Positions 37,138 through 46,335 of a stretch of DNA of 64,000 nucleotides are shown one piece after another. Each line of letters starts with the position of its first letter. Positions within the stretch are counted from its first letter, which is position 1. A model generated the notes under the pieces. That model did not search any database. It saw only the letters and a program-made list of their open reading frames with translations, and was not told where the DNA came from. Location of the stretch: assembly GCA_036267835.1 (NCBI GenBank), contig DATAVF010000130.1:554-64553 (forward strand), written 5' to 3'. The position numbers and the translations under genes are program-made. The stretch comes from Caulobacteraceae bacterium (lineage in GTDB: Bacteria; Pseudomonadota; Alphaproteobacteria; Caulobacterales; Caulobacteraceae).

Positions 37138-39337
37138 TGACGGAAGGTGACGCGCACACCGACGGTCAGGGGGCGCAACGAAGTGTAGCTGTTGGGCAGG
37201 CTCAGGTACTTCACGATCGCCGCGTCGTTGTTGGTCAGGTTCTCGCCATAGAGCGCGACCGTGCCCCAACGGGTGTCGAGCCCGACGGAGGCATCGAGCG
37301 TCGAATAGGCCTCGTCGATCGCGAACAGGCTGTTGGCGCCGGCGTCACTGAAGGCGTTCGGGGATGAGCTGGTGTATTGGCCGTCGAGGCGGATGAACGC
37401 CTGGTTGCCGCCGCGCACGTCCCAGCGACGTTCGACGCCCGCCGCAACTTTGTAGCGGGCGAGACCCGGCAACACGTCACCCTTGGCGGTCGGAATGACG
37501 ATGTTGGTCGGCACGCTGTCGATCTGGCCGTCCTGCGCCGTGGCGTTGGCGTAGAGGGTGAGGCCCTGCATCGGCTGCGCCGCGAACTCGGCTTCCAGCC
37601 CGTGCACGTCCGCTGTGCCGGCGTTGGCGATGAAGCTAAGCCGGTCCGAGATGCGCGTGCCGTTGATCTGGATGTTGTGCCAGGAAATGTAGAAGGCGGT
37701 CAGGTCCAGGGTCACTCGATTGTCGAGCCAGCTGGTCTTGGCGCCTAGTTCGTAGTTGATCGTGTAGTCGGGCTGATAGCCTCGCGGGATGACATAGTCG
37801 CTCGGATTGATGGCGCTGGGCCCGAAGTTGGGATTTACCTGCCCGATCCGGTATCCCTTGCTGACGTTGACGTAAAACAGCATGGACTTGCTCGGCTCGT
37901 AGGAGATGCCATAGCGCCAGGTCGAGTTGGTGTCGTTGGTCTTGTTGTCCAGGCTCGCGGGGGCGCTGTAGCTCAACGTGGCGAAATTTAGCGTGATCCG
38001 ATTCAGCTCGCTGTACTCGGCGGTCGTGCGGAAGAAGCGGAAACCGCCGCGCAGCTTCAGGCCGTCCAGGATTTCGTAGCTTCCGTCGGCATAGCCTGCG
38101 AGCTCCGTCGACTTGGTGGTGATGTCGGTCTTGAAGTAGGTGTCGCTGCCGGGGATGCCGCCGAAGAGGGCGTCGAGCCCGGGCGCGCTGAGTTCATAGT
38201 TCGGCGTGGCCGAACTGCGGTTGATGTAGAAGATGCCCGCCACCCATTGCAGGCGCGACGGGGTGTTCGAGACCAGCCGGCCTTCCTGCACGTAGAACCG
38301 CGACGTCTCGGGGGCGTTCAGCACGAAGTCCGGCGTGCCGGCGCCCAGCAGGGGACCGATATCCTCGCGGAGCGCCGACTTGGTCGTCTGGTAGGTCGAC
38401 GACACCGTCAGGGTCGCGAACTTCGCGAAGCTGTAGTCGATGTCCAGGTTGTAGTTGGTGATGTCGGCCGGCCGTCCTTCGGAGATCACCGAGGCGGCCC
38501 TGAACTTGCCCAGCGTTGGGTTGTAGAAGTCGCCGTCCTTCGGGTCGCTGCTCTGGTGGAAGATTTCGGCCCTGACCTTCAGCGCGTCGGTCGGGGTCCA
38601 TTGCAGCGCAGCGCGGCCGCCCCAGTCGATCGAATCGTTGCGCGTGCCGAGGGTGATGTTCTTCACCCACCCATCCTCGTCGCGATAGTAGCCCACGATG
38701 CGCAGCGCGAGCTTGTCGTCGACCAGGGGCAGATTGACCATGGCGTCGTAGCGCTGGCGCAATCCGCCGCCGTCCGTGCCCGCCAGGTCGACCTGCTCGG
38801 TCGCGTCGAACTTGGTGGCGTCGGGCTGGTTGGTGATGATGCGCACGGTGCCGCCGAGCGATCCGGAGCCGAAGAGAGTGCCCTGCGGTCCGCGCAGCAC
38901 CTCGACCCGAGCCACGTCGAAGAGGTGCAGGTCCGGGTCACCTGGGCCCCGTAGGTATCGGTCACGGGCGTGTCGTTGATATAAACCGACACCGGATCCT
39001 GGGTGTTGCCGCCGGTCACGGTGGTCCCGATCCCGCGAATGTCGAAGATGGCGCGGTTCTTCGTGGTCTCGTTCATCGTCAGGCCAGCCACCGAGCGCGC
39101 GAACCCGTCGAAGCTGTCGATCCCCCGCGCTTCGATCTCTTTCTGCGGAATGGCGGTAATCGCCGCTGGCGCCTGTTGCAGCGATTCCTCGCGGCGGTTG
39201 GCGGTGACGATGATGTCGCTCACCGTGGACACGGACGTGTCCGGCGCGGCCGGCTCGGCGAGGACCGGTCCAGCTTCGGCGAAGGTGAGCCCGACGGCGC
39301 CCACGAGCAGCAGGGTCTTCAACGGAAGTGCGCGCAT
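37134..39337 (-). pseudogene. TonB-dependent receptor, reading frame broken near 38941-38951
   Basis: Signal peptide plus plug (MRALPLKTLLLVGAVGLTFAEA...DIIVTANRREESLQ...VSVYINDTPVTDTYGAQV) is in the frame of ORF 38663..39376. The rest (PDLHLFDVARVEVLRGPQGTLFGSGSLGG... to the stop at 37134) is in the frame of ORF 37134..39407. The junction lies in the run TACGGGGCCCAGGTGACCCGGAC. One extra G would restore ...TYGGPGDPDLHLFDV... Confidence 0.65.
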
Positions 39338-39370
39338 GAATTTCCCCCAAGTCGCGCTGGCGGCCGCCAG

Positions 39371-39407
39371 TTGCACAAATGTATAACTCTATTTTACAAT
39401 CGTGCAA
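39371..39407. promoter_or_regulatory. 37-bp imperfect palindrome, candidate TetR operator (Op1) between the TonB-receptor operon and tetR
   Basis: TTGCACAAATGTATAAC-TCT-ATTTTACAATCGTGCAA. The half-site GTTATACAwwyGTGCAA is shared with Op2. Confidence 0.6.
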
Positions 39408-39538
39408 CCACTTGAAGTGGGCGGACCGGTCGCCGCGCTGGCGCCTGGTGGCGAGAGGGGCCGTCGGCCTTGCTTACCGCCCGCAACACGTTGAAATTCG
39501 CGTTGGTTTTCTCCTGACCTCGTCGTAGGGCCGCAAGC

Positions 39539-40168
39539 ATGGCTTTCCATTCGCCGCCGCCGCCCGAGCAGCTCAGCAGCCGCGAGCGCCTGCTGGACGC
39601 GGCCATCCGGTTGTTCGGCCAGAATGGCTTCGAAGGCACCTCGGTGCGGGCGATCGGTGACGAGGCCGGGGTCTCCTGGGCGCTGATCCGGTTCTACTTC
39701 GGATCCAAGGAAGGGGTGCGGGAAGCGGCCGACGAGCGGGCGATCCGCGGTTATCTCGATGCGGTGCACAAGGGCCACTCCGCCAGTTCCTACGAACAGC
39801 TCGCCTCGATGCTGGAGGTCGACGCCAAGGGCCTTTCCGAGACGGCGGGCTACCTGCGCCGCGCCATCCTGGAAGAACGCCCGATCGCGCTCGATTTCCT
39901 GCGCCAACTGCTCGAAACGACCGAAGTGGAGAACGCCGCCCTCCGCGCCGAATACCCCGACGAGCCGGTCCTTTGGGACCCTGTCAGGCAGATCGTTCAG
40001 CGCATGGGTTATCTGCTGCTGGCGCCGCAAATCCTGACGCTATCGGGCCGAGACGTCTTCTCGACGGAGGAATTGAAGCGCCGCAATGAGATAGCCTTCC
40101 GTTCTGGGCGTCTGCTTCGCGAGGGACTGCGCGCCGAGCGACGAGACCCCTCCAAGAAGAAGAACTGA
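39539..40168 (+). CDS. TetR family transcriptional regulator
   Basis: 209 aa. RERLLDAAIRLFGQNGFEGTSVRAIGDEAGVSWALIRFYFGSKEGV is a TetR HTH. Confidence 0.9.
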   Translation: MAFHSPPPPEQLSSRERLLDAAIRLFGQNGFEGTSVRAIGDEAGVSWALIRFYFGSKEGVREAADERAIRGYLDAVHKGHSASSYEQLASMLEVDAKGLSETAGYLRRAILEERPIALDFLRQLLETTEVENAALRAEYPDEPVLWDPVRQIVQRMGYLLLAPQILTLSGRDVFSTEELKRRNEIAFRSGRLLREGLRAERRDPSKKKN

Positions 40169-40218
40169 GTCCTGAAACTGGCCCTCTTGGCGCCGGGGGT
40201 TCCTTCGTCGCGACCGGT

Positions 40219-40256
40219 TTGCAGGTTCGTGAAATCGCAGTTATACAAACGTGCAA
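40219..40256. promoter_or_regulatory. 38-bp imperfect palindrome, candidate TetR operator (Op2) upstream of serine-hydrolase paralog B
   Basis: TTGCAGGTTCGTGAAATCGCAGTTATACAAACGTGCAA. The right arm TACAAACGTGCAA matches the Op1 right arm TACAATCGTGCAA at 12 of 13 positions. Confidence 0.6.
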
Positions 40257-40301
40257 TTCGGCGTTCGCCCGACCGTTTCGGGCTGGGAAGGCGACACGAG
40301 C

Positions 40302-41402
40302 ATGCCCCAATTCCTGGGTTTCGCGCCTGCCTCCCGCCGCGCCGAGGCCGCGCTCGCCCGCTTCGAACGCGTGCTGCAGGACCTCGTCGAGCCGCTGGGC
40401 AACCTGGGCGCCCTCGTCGCGATCGATGTCCCCGAGGTCGGCCGGGTCACCTTCACGGCCGGCCATTCCAACCTCGACAAAAGCCGCGCCGCGCAGCCGG
40501 GCGATGTGTTCCGCATCGCCAGCCAGACCAAGACCGTCACCGCCATGGTGCTGCTCCTGATGGCGCGCGACGGCCAGGTCGGGCTGGACGAGCCCGTCGT
40601 CACCTATCTCGATCTGCCGATCGACCGCCGGATCACGGTCCGGCATCTGCTGATGAACCGGTCCGGCCTCGGCGAATACACGCGCGTCCTCGGGCCGCAC
40701 CTCTACAGCCGCGTCCCCTTCGCGCCACGCGATATCGTCGCCCTGGCGTTGCCGCAGGGCCAGCTCTTCGAGCCCGGCGCGCACTTCGACTATTGCAACA
40801 CCGGTTTTACGATCGCGGGCATGCTCATCGAGGCCGTTTCGGCCGGGTCCTTCGGCGAGGCCTGCGCGGCGCGGATCACCCGGCCGCTCGGGCTTGGGCA
40901 CACCGCTTTTGGCGGGCGCATACCGGCGGAAGAGCCGATGCGCGGCTACGTGACCTTGCCGCCCGAGGCCGAGCCTGTCGACATGACGGCCAGCGTCAGC
41001 CGGGCGTTCGGCTCCGGTGATGGCCTCGCCAACGCCGACGACCTGCTCGTCCTCTATGGGAGCCTGCTGCGTGAGGAGAGCCCGCTCCGCATCTCCTTGC
41101 ACGATCTGACCGCCGAGACGGGCAAGCCCTCGGCCAATCCCCATTTCGCCATGAGCCTCGGCACGGAATACGGGCTGGGGCTGGAGCGGCGCGCCTGGGC
41201 GGGGCGCGAAGTCTGGGGCCACCCGGGCTCGAGCGGCCACACGCGCTCCTCGACCTGGATCGACCCCGGGCTCGGCATCGGCGTCACCACCTGCGTCACC
41301 ATGCACATCACCCCCAGCTGGAGCGCGGACGACATCCGCTATCCCCGCGCGCAACTCTTCGGCCAGGCGCTCTCCACGGCCTACGCCCTTGCCGAGATCT
41401 GA
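40302..41402 (+). CDS. Beta-lactamase-fold serine hydrolase (paralog B)
   Basis: ATG at 40302 (MPQFLGFAPASRRAEAALARFERVL...). SxxK motif SQTK. In a hand count, 81 of 111 aligned N-terminal residues are identical to paralog A. Confidence 0.85.
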   Translation: MPQFLGFAPASRRAEAALARFERVLQDLVEPLGNLGALVAIDVPEVGRVTFTAGHSNLDKSRAAQPGDVFRIASQTKTVTAMVLLLMARDGQVGLDEPVVTYLDLPIDRRITVRHLLMNRSGLGEYTRVLGPHLYSRVPFAPRDIVALALPQGQLFEPGAHFDYCNTGFTIAGMLIEAVSAGSFGEACAARITRPLGLGHTAFGGRIPAEEPMRGYVTLPPEAEPVDMTASVSRAFGSGDGLANADDLLVLYGSLLREESPLRISLHDLTAETGKPSANPHFAMSLGTEYGLGLERRAWAGREVWGHPGSSGHTRSSTWIDPGLGIGVTTCVTMHITPSWSADDIRYPRAQLFGQALSTAYALAEI

Positions 41403-42411
41403 TCCCTTCAGCCTGGGCGCGGGTCGTTCCGTTACCCTGGACCTCAGGGCGATGTCCTGGCCGCTGCGCGAACCGTTCGCCATCTCGCGCGGGACCAAGA
41501 CCGCCTTCGAGAGCCTGCTGGTGACGCTGACCGACGCCGAGGGTCATCGCGGCCGCGGCGAAGGCTGCGCCGTCGGCTATCTCGGCGAAACCACGACGGG
41601 GATGGCCGCGCAGCTGGAGGCGGCGCGCGGCCGCATCGAGGAGGGCGTGACCCGCGAGGGGCTGCTGGACCTGCTGCCAGCCGGCGGCGCACGTGCGGCG
41701 CTCGACGCCGCCCTCTGGGACCTGGAGGCCAAGCAGACCGGCCAGTCCGCGTTCGCCCGGGCTGGCGTGCCCGCGCCCCGGGCCATGGACACCGCGTACA
41801 CGATCGGCATCCGCGCGACCGGGGACTACGAGGCCGCCGCGCGCGTCAAGGCGGACTTCAAGGTGTTGAAACTCAAGGTCGACGCCGGTGACCCGCTTGC
41901 CGCGATCGCCGCGGCGCGGCGCGGCGCGGCGAACGCCGGCTTCATCGTCGATCCCAACCAGAGTTGGACGATCGATCAGCTCCGCGCCTTCGCGCCGGCC
42001 CTGGTCGATCTCGGCGTCGTCCTGCTGGAGCAACCCATCCCGGCCGGCGCCGAACAGGGCCTGGACGGCTATCGCTGTCCGGTGCGGCTGTGTGCGGACG
42101 AGCTGGTCCACGTCACCGCCGACCTCGGCAAGGCGCATGGACGCTTCGACGTCATCAACATCAAACTCGACAAGACCGGCGGGCTGACCGCGGCCCTTCG
42201 GCTCGCCGAAGCCGCGCGCGCCCTCGGCTTCGACCTGATGGTGGGGTGCATGGGCGGCTCGTCGCTCGCCATGGCCCCGGCGACGGTGCTGGCCCAGCAG
42301 TGCGCCTTCATCGACCTCGATGCACCCCTGCTGCTGGCCGAGGATCTGCCTGAAGGGCTGACCCACGCCGGCGGCGCGTTCGAGCCGCCTCGGCGCGAAC
42401 TTTGGGGCTGA
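41389..42411 (+). CDS. Enolase-superfamily dipeptide epimerase (L-Ala-D/L-Glu epimerase-like)
   Basis: 340 aa. WPLREPFAISRG N-terminal capping motif. KLKV (KxK), DPNQSW, LEQP, CADE and IKLDKTGG catalytic/metal-ligand pattern of the MLE/AE-epimerase subgroup. The exact start is uncertain (14-nt overlap with the preceding gene). Confidence 0.8.
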   Translation: MPRSDPFSLGAGRSVTLDLRAMSWPLREPFAISRGTKTAFESLLVTLTDAEGHRGRGEGCAVGYLGETTTGMAAQLEAARGRIEEGVTREGLLDLLPAGGARAALDAALWDLEAKQTGQSAFARAGVPAPRAMDTAYTIGIRATGDYEAAARVKADFKVLKLKVDAGDPLAAIAAARRGAANAGFIVDPNQSWTIDQLRAFAPALVDLGVVLLEQPIPAGAEQGLDGYRCPVRLCADELVHVTADLGKAHGRFDVINIKLDKTGGLTAALRLAEAARALGFDLMVGCMGGSSLAMAPATVLAQQCAFIDLDAPLLLAEDLPEGLTHAGGAFEPPRRELWG

Positions 42412-42459
42412 GGCCCTGGTACGCAGCGCCTGTCTGAACGCGCAGGACTTATGCGGCGC

Positions 42460-43506
42460 TCACGTCACAAGCTCCGCCGCCTTCCGGCCGATCCGCTCGC
42501 GGGCCACGCGATCGGCGATCTCTCCGGGCGGGCGGCGCTCCTCGGCGGCCCGCGCGAGAAGCTCGGCCAGCCGGGGGCCGATGGCCCGCACCCGAGGCTC
42601 GACCGCGCCCATCGGTTCGCGGAAATACTCAGCGACCACGCTGATGATTCCGCCGGCGTTGACGACGTAGTCGGGCGCGTAGGTGATGCCCCGCGCCACC
42701 AGCGCCGCGCCGTCCGCGGCGTGTTCGAGCTGGTTGTTGGCGCCGCCGCACACCACCGGCGCGCCGAGCTCGGGAATGGTGTCGGCGTTGAGACCGGCGC
42801 CCAGGGCGTTTGGGGAGAAGACATCCGCATCCGCGGCGTGAAGGCGATCCGTCGGCTCGATCTCGGCCCCGAACCGGGCCCGCGCCGCGACCGTGCGGTC
42901 GGCGTCGACATCGGCGACCACCAGCCTCGCGCCGGCGTCATGCAGGCGCTGGCAGAGCTTCAGCCCTACCGAGCCCAGGCCTTGGACAGCGACGCGGGCG
43001 CCTTTCACGGGTCGCCCCAAGGCGGCCTCCAGCGCGACGAATATGCCGAGCGCCGTCCAGGGCGACGGATCGCCGCCGGCGCAGCCTGGCCGCCCTGGCA
43101 GCCCGGCCACGAAGCGGGTCCTGCGCGCCACGGCCACCATGTCGGCGACGCTGGCGCCGACATCCTCCGCGGTGATGTACCGGCCGCCCAGCCGCTCGAC
43201 CGCCGCGCCGAACGCCTCGAAAGCCGCCGCGCGCGACGTTTGCGGCCCCAGCTTGTAGAGCACGGCCTTGCCACCGCCGACCGGCAGGCCGGCCAGCGCG
43301 TTCTTGTAGCTCATCCCCTGGGACAGCCTCAGCGCGTCGCGCAACGCCGCCTCCGCGCTGGGGTAGTTTGCGACCCGGCAACCGCCCGTCGCCGGACCGC
43401 GCGCCGTCGAATGGATCGCAATGATTCCGGCCAGGCCGGTCGCCGGATCGTCGATGAACTCGACCGCCTCATGGCCGTCGAAGGAAGGATGATTGGCCGG
43501 ATTCAC
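42460..43506 (-). CDS. Glu/Leu/Phe/Val dehydrogenase family (leucine dehydrogenase-like)
   Basis: 348 aa. ARGPATGGCR...MSYKNALAGLPVGGGKAV catalytic-lysine region. Rossmann motif GLGSVG. Confidence 0.85.
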   Translation of the reverse strand: MNPANHPSFDGHEAVEFIDDPATGLAGIIAIHSTARGPATGGCRVANYPSAEAALRDALRLSQGMSYKNALAGLPVGGGKAVLYKLGPQTSRAAAFEAFGAAVERLGGRYITAEDVGASVADMVAVARRTRFVAGLPGRPGCAGGDPSPWTALGIFVALEAALGRPVKGARVAVQGLGSVGLKLCQRLHDAGARLVVADVDADRTVAARARFGAEIEPTDRLHAADADVFSPNALGAGLNADTIPELGAPVVCGGANNQLEHAADGAALVARGITYAPDYVVNAGGIISVVAEYFREPMGAVEPRVRAIGPRLAELLARAAEERRPPGEIADRVARERIGRKAAELVT

Positions 43507-43616
43507 AAGCGCCTCCTTGGAAGGCTTGGTTTTATAATCTCAGCAGCGAGATGTATTTTCAGACTTCATCCGATTGCGGTATTTTACGTGAATTCTATTC
43601 GTGATTTGCGTGTCGC

Positions 43617-44078
43617 ATGAATGATCTTGACGACGCCGACCTCCGCCTGCTTCGGGCGATCCAAAGCGACAGCCGCCAGTCGACGGCGGACCTCGCCGAG
43701 ACCGTCGGCCTCTCACAGGCGGCATGCTGGCGGCGGCTGCAGCGGTTGCGGCAGGCTGGCTACATCCTGCGCGAGACCGCGGTGCTGAACCGCGAGAAGC
43801 TGGGGTTCGGCGCACAGGTGTTCGCCATGGTGAAACTCAGCACCGTCGGGCGGGCAAACCTCGCCGGTTTCGCCGCCGCCATCCGCGCCCTGCCCGAGGT
43901 CGTCGAATGCCACGTGCTGATGGGCTCGGCCGACTTCCTGCTGAAGATCGTCACCGAGGACATCCACGCCTACGAGCGCTTCTTTTTCGAGCGCCTGTCG
44001 GCCCTGGAGGGAATCCAGGACGTCACCTCGTCCGTGGCGCTGTCGGAGATCAAGCCGCCGAGCGGCTTGCCGATCTAG
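43617..44078 (+). CDS. Lrp/AsnC family transcriptional regulator
   Basis: 153 aa. DDADLRLLRAIQSDSRQSTADLAETVGLSQAACWRRLQRLRQAGYI. Divergent from the dehydrogenase, like BkdR-type activators. Confidence 0.9.
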   Translation: MNDLDDADLRLLRAIQSDSRQSTADLAETVGLSQAACWRRLQRLRQAGYILRETAVLNREKLGFGAQVFAMVKLSTVGRANLAGFAAAIRALPEVVECHVLMGSADFLLKIVTEDIHAYERFFFERLSALEGIQDVTSSVALSEIKPPSGLPI

Positions 44079-44138
44079 TCGCAGCGCGCCGCCCGCGGGC
44101 TTCGCAATCGACGTCCAGCCCGTTCGATCGCGAGTCGG

Positions 44139-45182
44139 TTAGCCTTGCTGGTCGCGGACCCGGAAGAGGAGGTCCAGGCCTGCCGCGGCCTGGCTGTAGT
44201 CGGCGAGGTCGACGCGATCGCCTTTACACGCGCCGATGAAGGCCTCCACGCCCGTCGCCCAGGCCTGGCGGCTGGCGCTCGCAGCGGGCGGCTCCGCCAG
44301 GGCCTCTGAAAATCCCGCTTCGGTTTCCCGAAAATACCGCAAGGTTGCCCCGGACGAACCGGTGGCCGGCGAAAGCGCCACGCCGCCGCGATCACCGACG
44401 ACTTCACAATACAGACCCTCGGGTCCGTGGAACGCCCAGGCGACATCCACGTCGATCCGCACGCCTGCATCGGTCCACCAGGAGAGTATCGCCCGGTCGT
44501 CTACGTCGAACGCCTGGTCGCTCTCGCTCGCGCGCCACGCCCCGCCGCCCTTTTGGCGCGGCCCGTGATCTGCCCACACGCGGCCGTCGAGCCTCCGGGC
44601 GGGTGAAAACGCGGTGAACCACAGGGCCAGATCGACGAGATGCGATCCCAGGTCGAGGATGGCGCCGCCGCCGGCGTGGTCGCGGCGGGTGAACCAGGAG
44701 CCCAGCCCCGGAATGCCCTCGCGCCGTCGCATTTGCAGCCGCAGAGTCCGGAGCGCGCCGAACTCTTGCGCATCGATCGCGCGCTTGATCGCGGCCAGTT
44801 CCGGCAGCCGTCTCATGTTGTAGTTCACTGCGAAGACGCGGTCGGAGCCGGCCAGAGCCGCGCCAACCGTCTCCAACTCCGAGGCGTTCACCGCCAGGGG
44901 TTTTTCGCAGAAGACATGCTTTTCGGCCCGCAGCGCGGCCGCGGCGATCTCGGCGTGCGCGGCGTTGTGATTGGCGATGATCACCGCATCCAGGTCGGCC
45001 CGGGAGATGGTCTGGCGCCAAGCCGCCTCAATAAGCGGGATGCCATATTCGCGGGCCAATACGCTCGTGCGTTCGGTGTTCCGGCCGCAGATGACGGCCA
45101 CCTCGACGTCCGCAAGCGCGGCCAGGCTTGGAAGATGGGCGCGTTCCACGATTGCGCCCGTCCCGATAATTGCGACCTTCAT
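44139..45182 (-). CDS. Gfo/Idh/MocA family oxidoreductase
   Basis: MKVAIIGTGAIVERAHLPSL Rossmann N-terminus after GGGAGG. The ORF-track start at 45242 is probably too long. Confidence 0.85.
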   Translation of the reverse strand: MKVAIIGTGAIVERAHLPSLAALADVEVAVICGRNTERTSVLAREYGIPLIEAAWRQTISRADLDAVIIANHNAAHAEIAAAALRAEKHVFCEKPLAVNASELETVGAALAGSDRVFAVNYNMRRLPELAAIKRAIDAQEFGALRTLRLQMRRREGIPGLGSWFTRRDHAGGGAILDLGSHLVDLALWFTAFSPARRLDGRVWADHGPRQKGGGAWRASESDQAFDVDDRAILSWWTDAGVRIDVDVAWAFHGPEGLYCEVVGDRGGVALSPATGSSGATLRYFRETEAGFSEALAEPPAASASRQAWATGVEAFIGACKGDRVDLADYSQAAAGLDLLFRVRDQQG

Positions 45183-45291
45183 CATCAGCCTCCCGCAGAG
45201 GTCCTCACCCGGGCTCGGCTCCCTCTTAGGTCGCCGCGCCACGTGGGCCGTCGGCTGGCGTGTCGCGAGCGAACGTGGCCTTTAGCACACG

Positions 45292-46281
45292 ATGCACGCG
45301 CTTCACGTCCTCGCCGAAATCGCCGCGGTCGCGCTGTCGCTCGTCTCCACTTTGCTCGCGATCGCGGGCCTCGGCCGTGACGGGCGCTCCGACGCGCTGG
45401 CCAGCTTCGCGCCCTTCACCTTCCTCTTGTCGCTGGCAGGCGCGGCGCTTGCCTGGACGGCGCTTGGACCCGGCCTGGCCACGACCGCGCTGCTGACCCT
45501 CGACGGCGTCGCGGCGGTGCTCTGCCTCGTGAGGCTGGTTCCGGAGTTCATCAGGCTCCGCCCGGCTTTCCGGTCCGATCCCGTGGCGCTCCGGGTTCTC
45601 AGCGGCAACCTGCTTTGGATCAATCCTTCGGGCGAGCGAGCCGTCGCGGCCATCCTGGCGTGCGATCCGGACGTGGTGATCCTGCAAGAGGTGGGGCGAA
45701 GGCTGACCGCGCCGCTGGCCGGACTTGAAGCCCGCTATCCGAACGCCGCATCATGCCCTCATGCGGGCTTGAGGATCTACACGAAGTTCCCGATGGTGGC
45801 GCACCGGTGCAACTGCGAACAAGCCGACACGCCGCGCGGCCGTTTGTTGACGGCGACCATCCGTCTCTCGGATCAGGCCACCGTCACGTTGGCCACGACC
45901 CACTTCAGCCACCCCTACCGCGGCGACGCACAAGCGCGCGAACGCCAGGGGCTGGGCGCCGCGGTGCGCGGGTTGGAGGTTCGCGACCTGGTCCTGGCCG
46001 GCGACTTCAACACCGCGCCGTGGTCGCACGCGATGCGCAGCCAGGACGACGCGCTGGCGCCGCTGCGTCGCTGGAGCATCGCCTGGTTCACCTGGCCCGC
46101 AAGGCTGCGGAGAGGCAGGTTGGCGTGGCCTCTGCCGCTGCTGCCCATCGATCACATCTACGCCGGACCGGGCTGGAGCCACGTGCGCTTGCGGCGTGTC
46201 CGGCTCCCAGGCTCCGACCACTTCGCGACCGAAGCATCCCTGTGTCGCCCACCCGTCTGCGAGCCGCCCTCACCTGTGTGA
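45292..46281 (+). CDS. Membrane-anchored endonuclease/exonuclease/phosphatase (EEP) family protein
   Basis: 329 aa. About three N-terminal hydrophobic segments, then VVILQEV..., DFNTAPWS and DHIYAG...GSDHFA EEP motifs. Confidence 0.8.
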   Translation: MHALHVLAEIAAVALSLVSTLLAIAGLGRDGRSDALASFAPFTFLLSLAGAALAWTALGPGLATTALLTLDGVAAVLCLVRLVPEFIRLRPAFRSDPVALRVLSGNLLWINPSGERAVAAILACDPDVVILQEVGRRLTAPLAGLEARYPNAASCPHAGLRIYTKFPMVAHRCNCEQADTPRGRLLTATIRLSDQATVTLATTHFSHPYRGDAQARERQGLGAAVRGLEVRDLVLAGDFNTAPWSHAMRSQDDALAPLRRWSIAWFTWPARLRRGRLAWPLPLLPIDHIYAGPGWSHVRLRRVRLPGSDHFATEASLCRPPVCEPPSPV

Positions 46282-46335
46282 ACCGCCAGCCCGGATCGGC
46301 CGTTCAGCGTGCAGGAAAGGCGAGGAGCAACCGTC

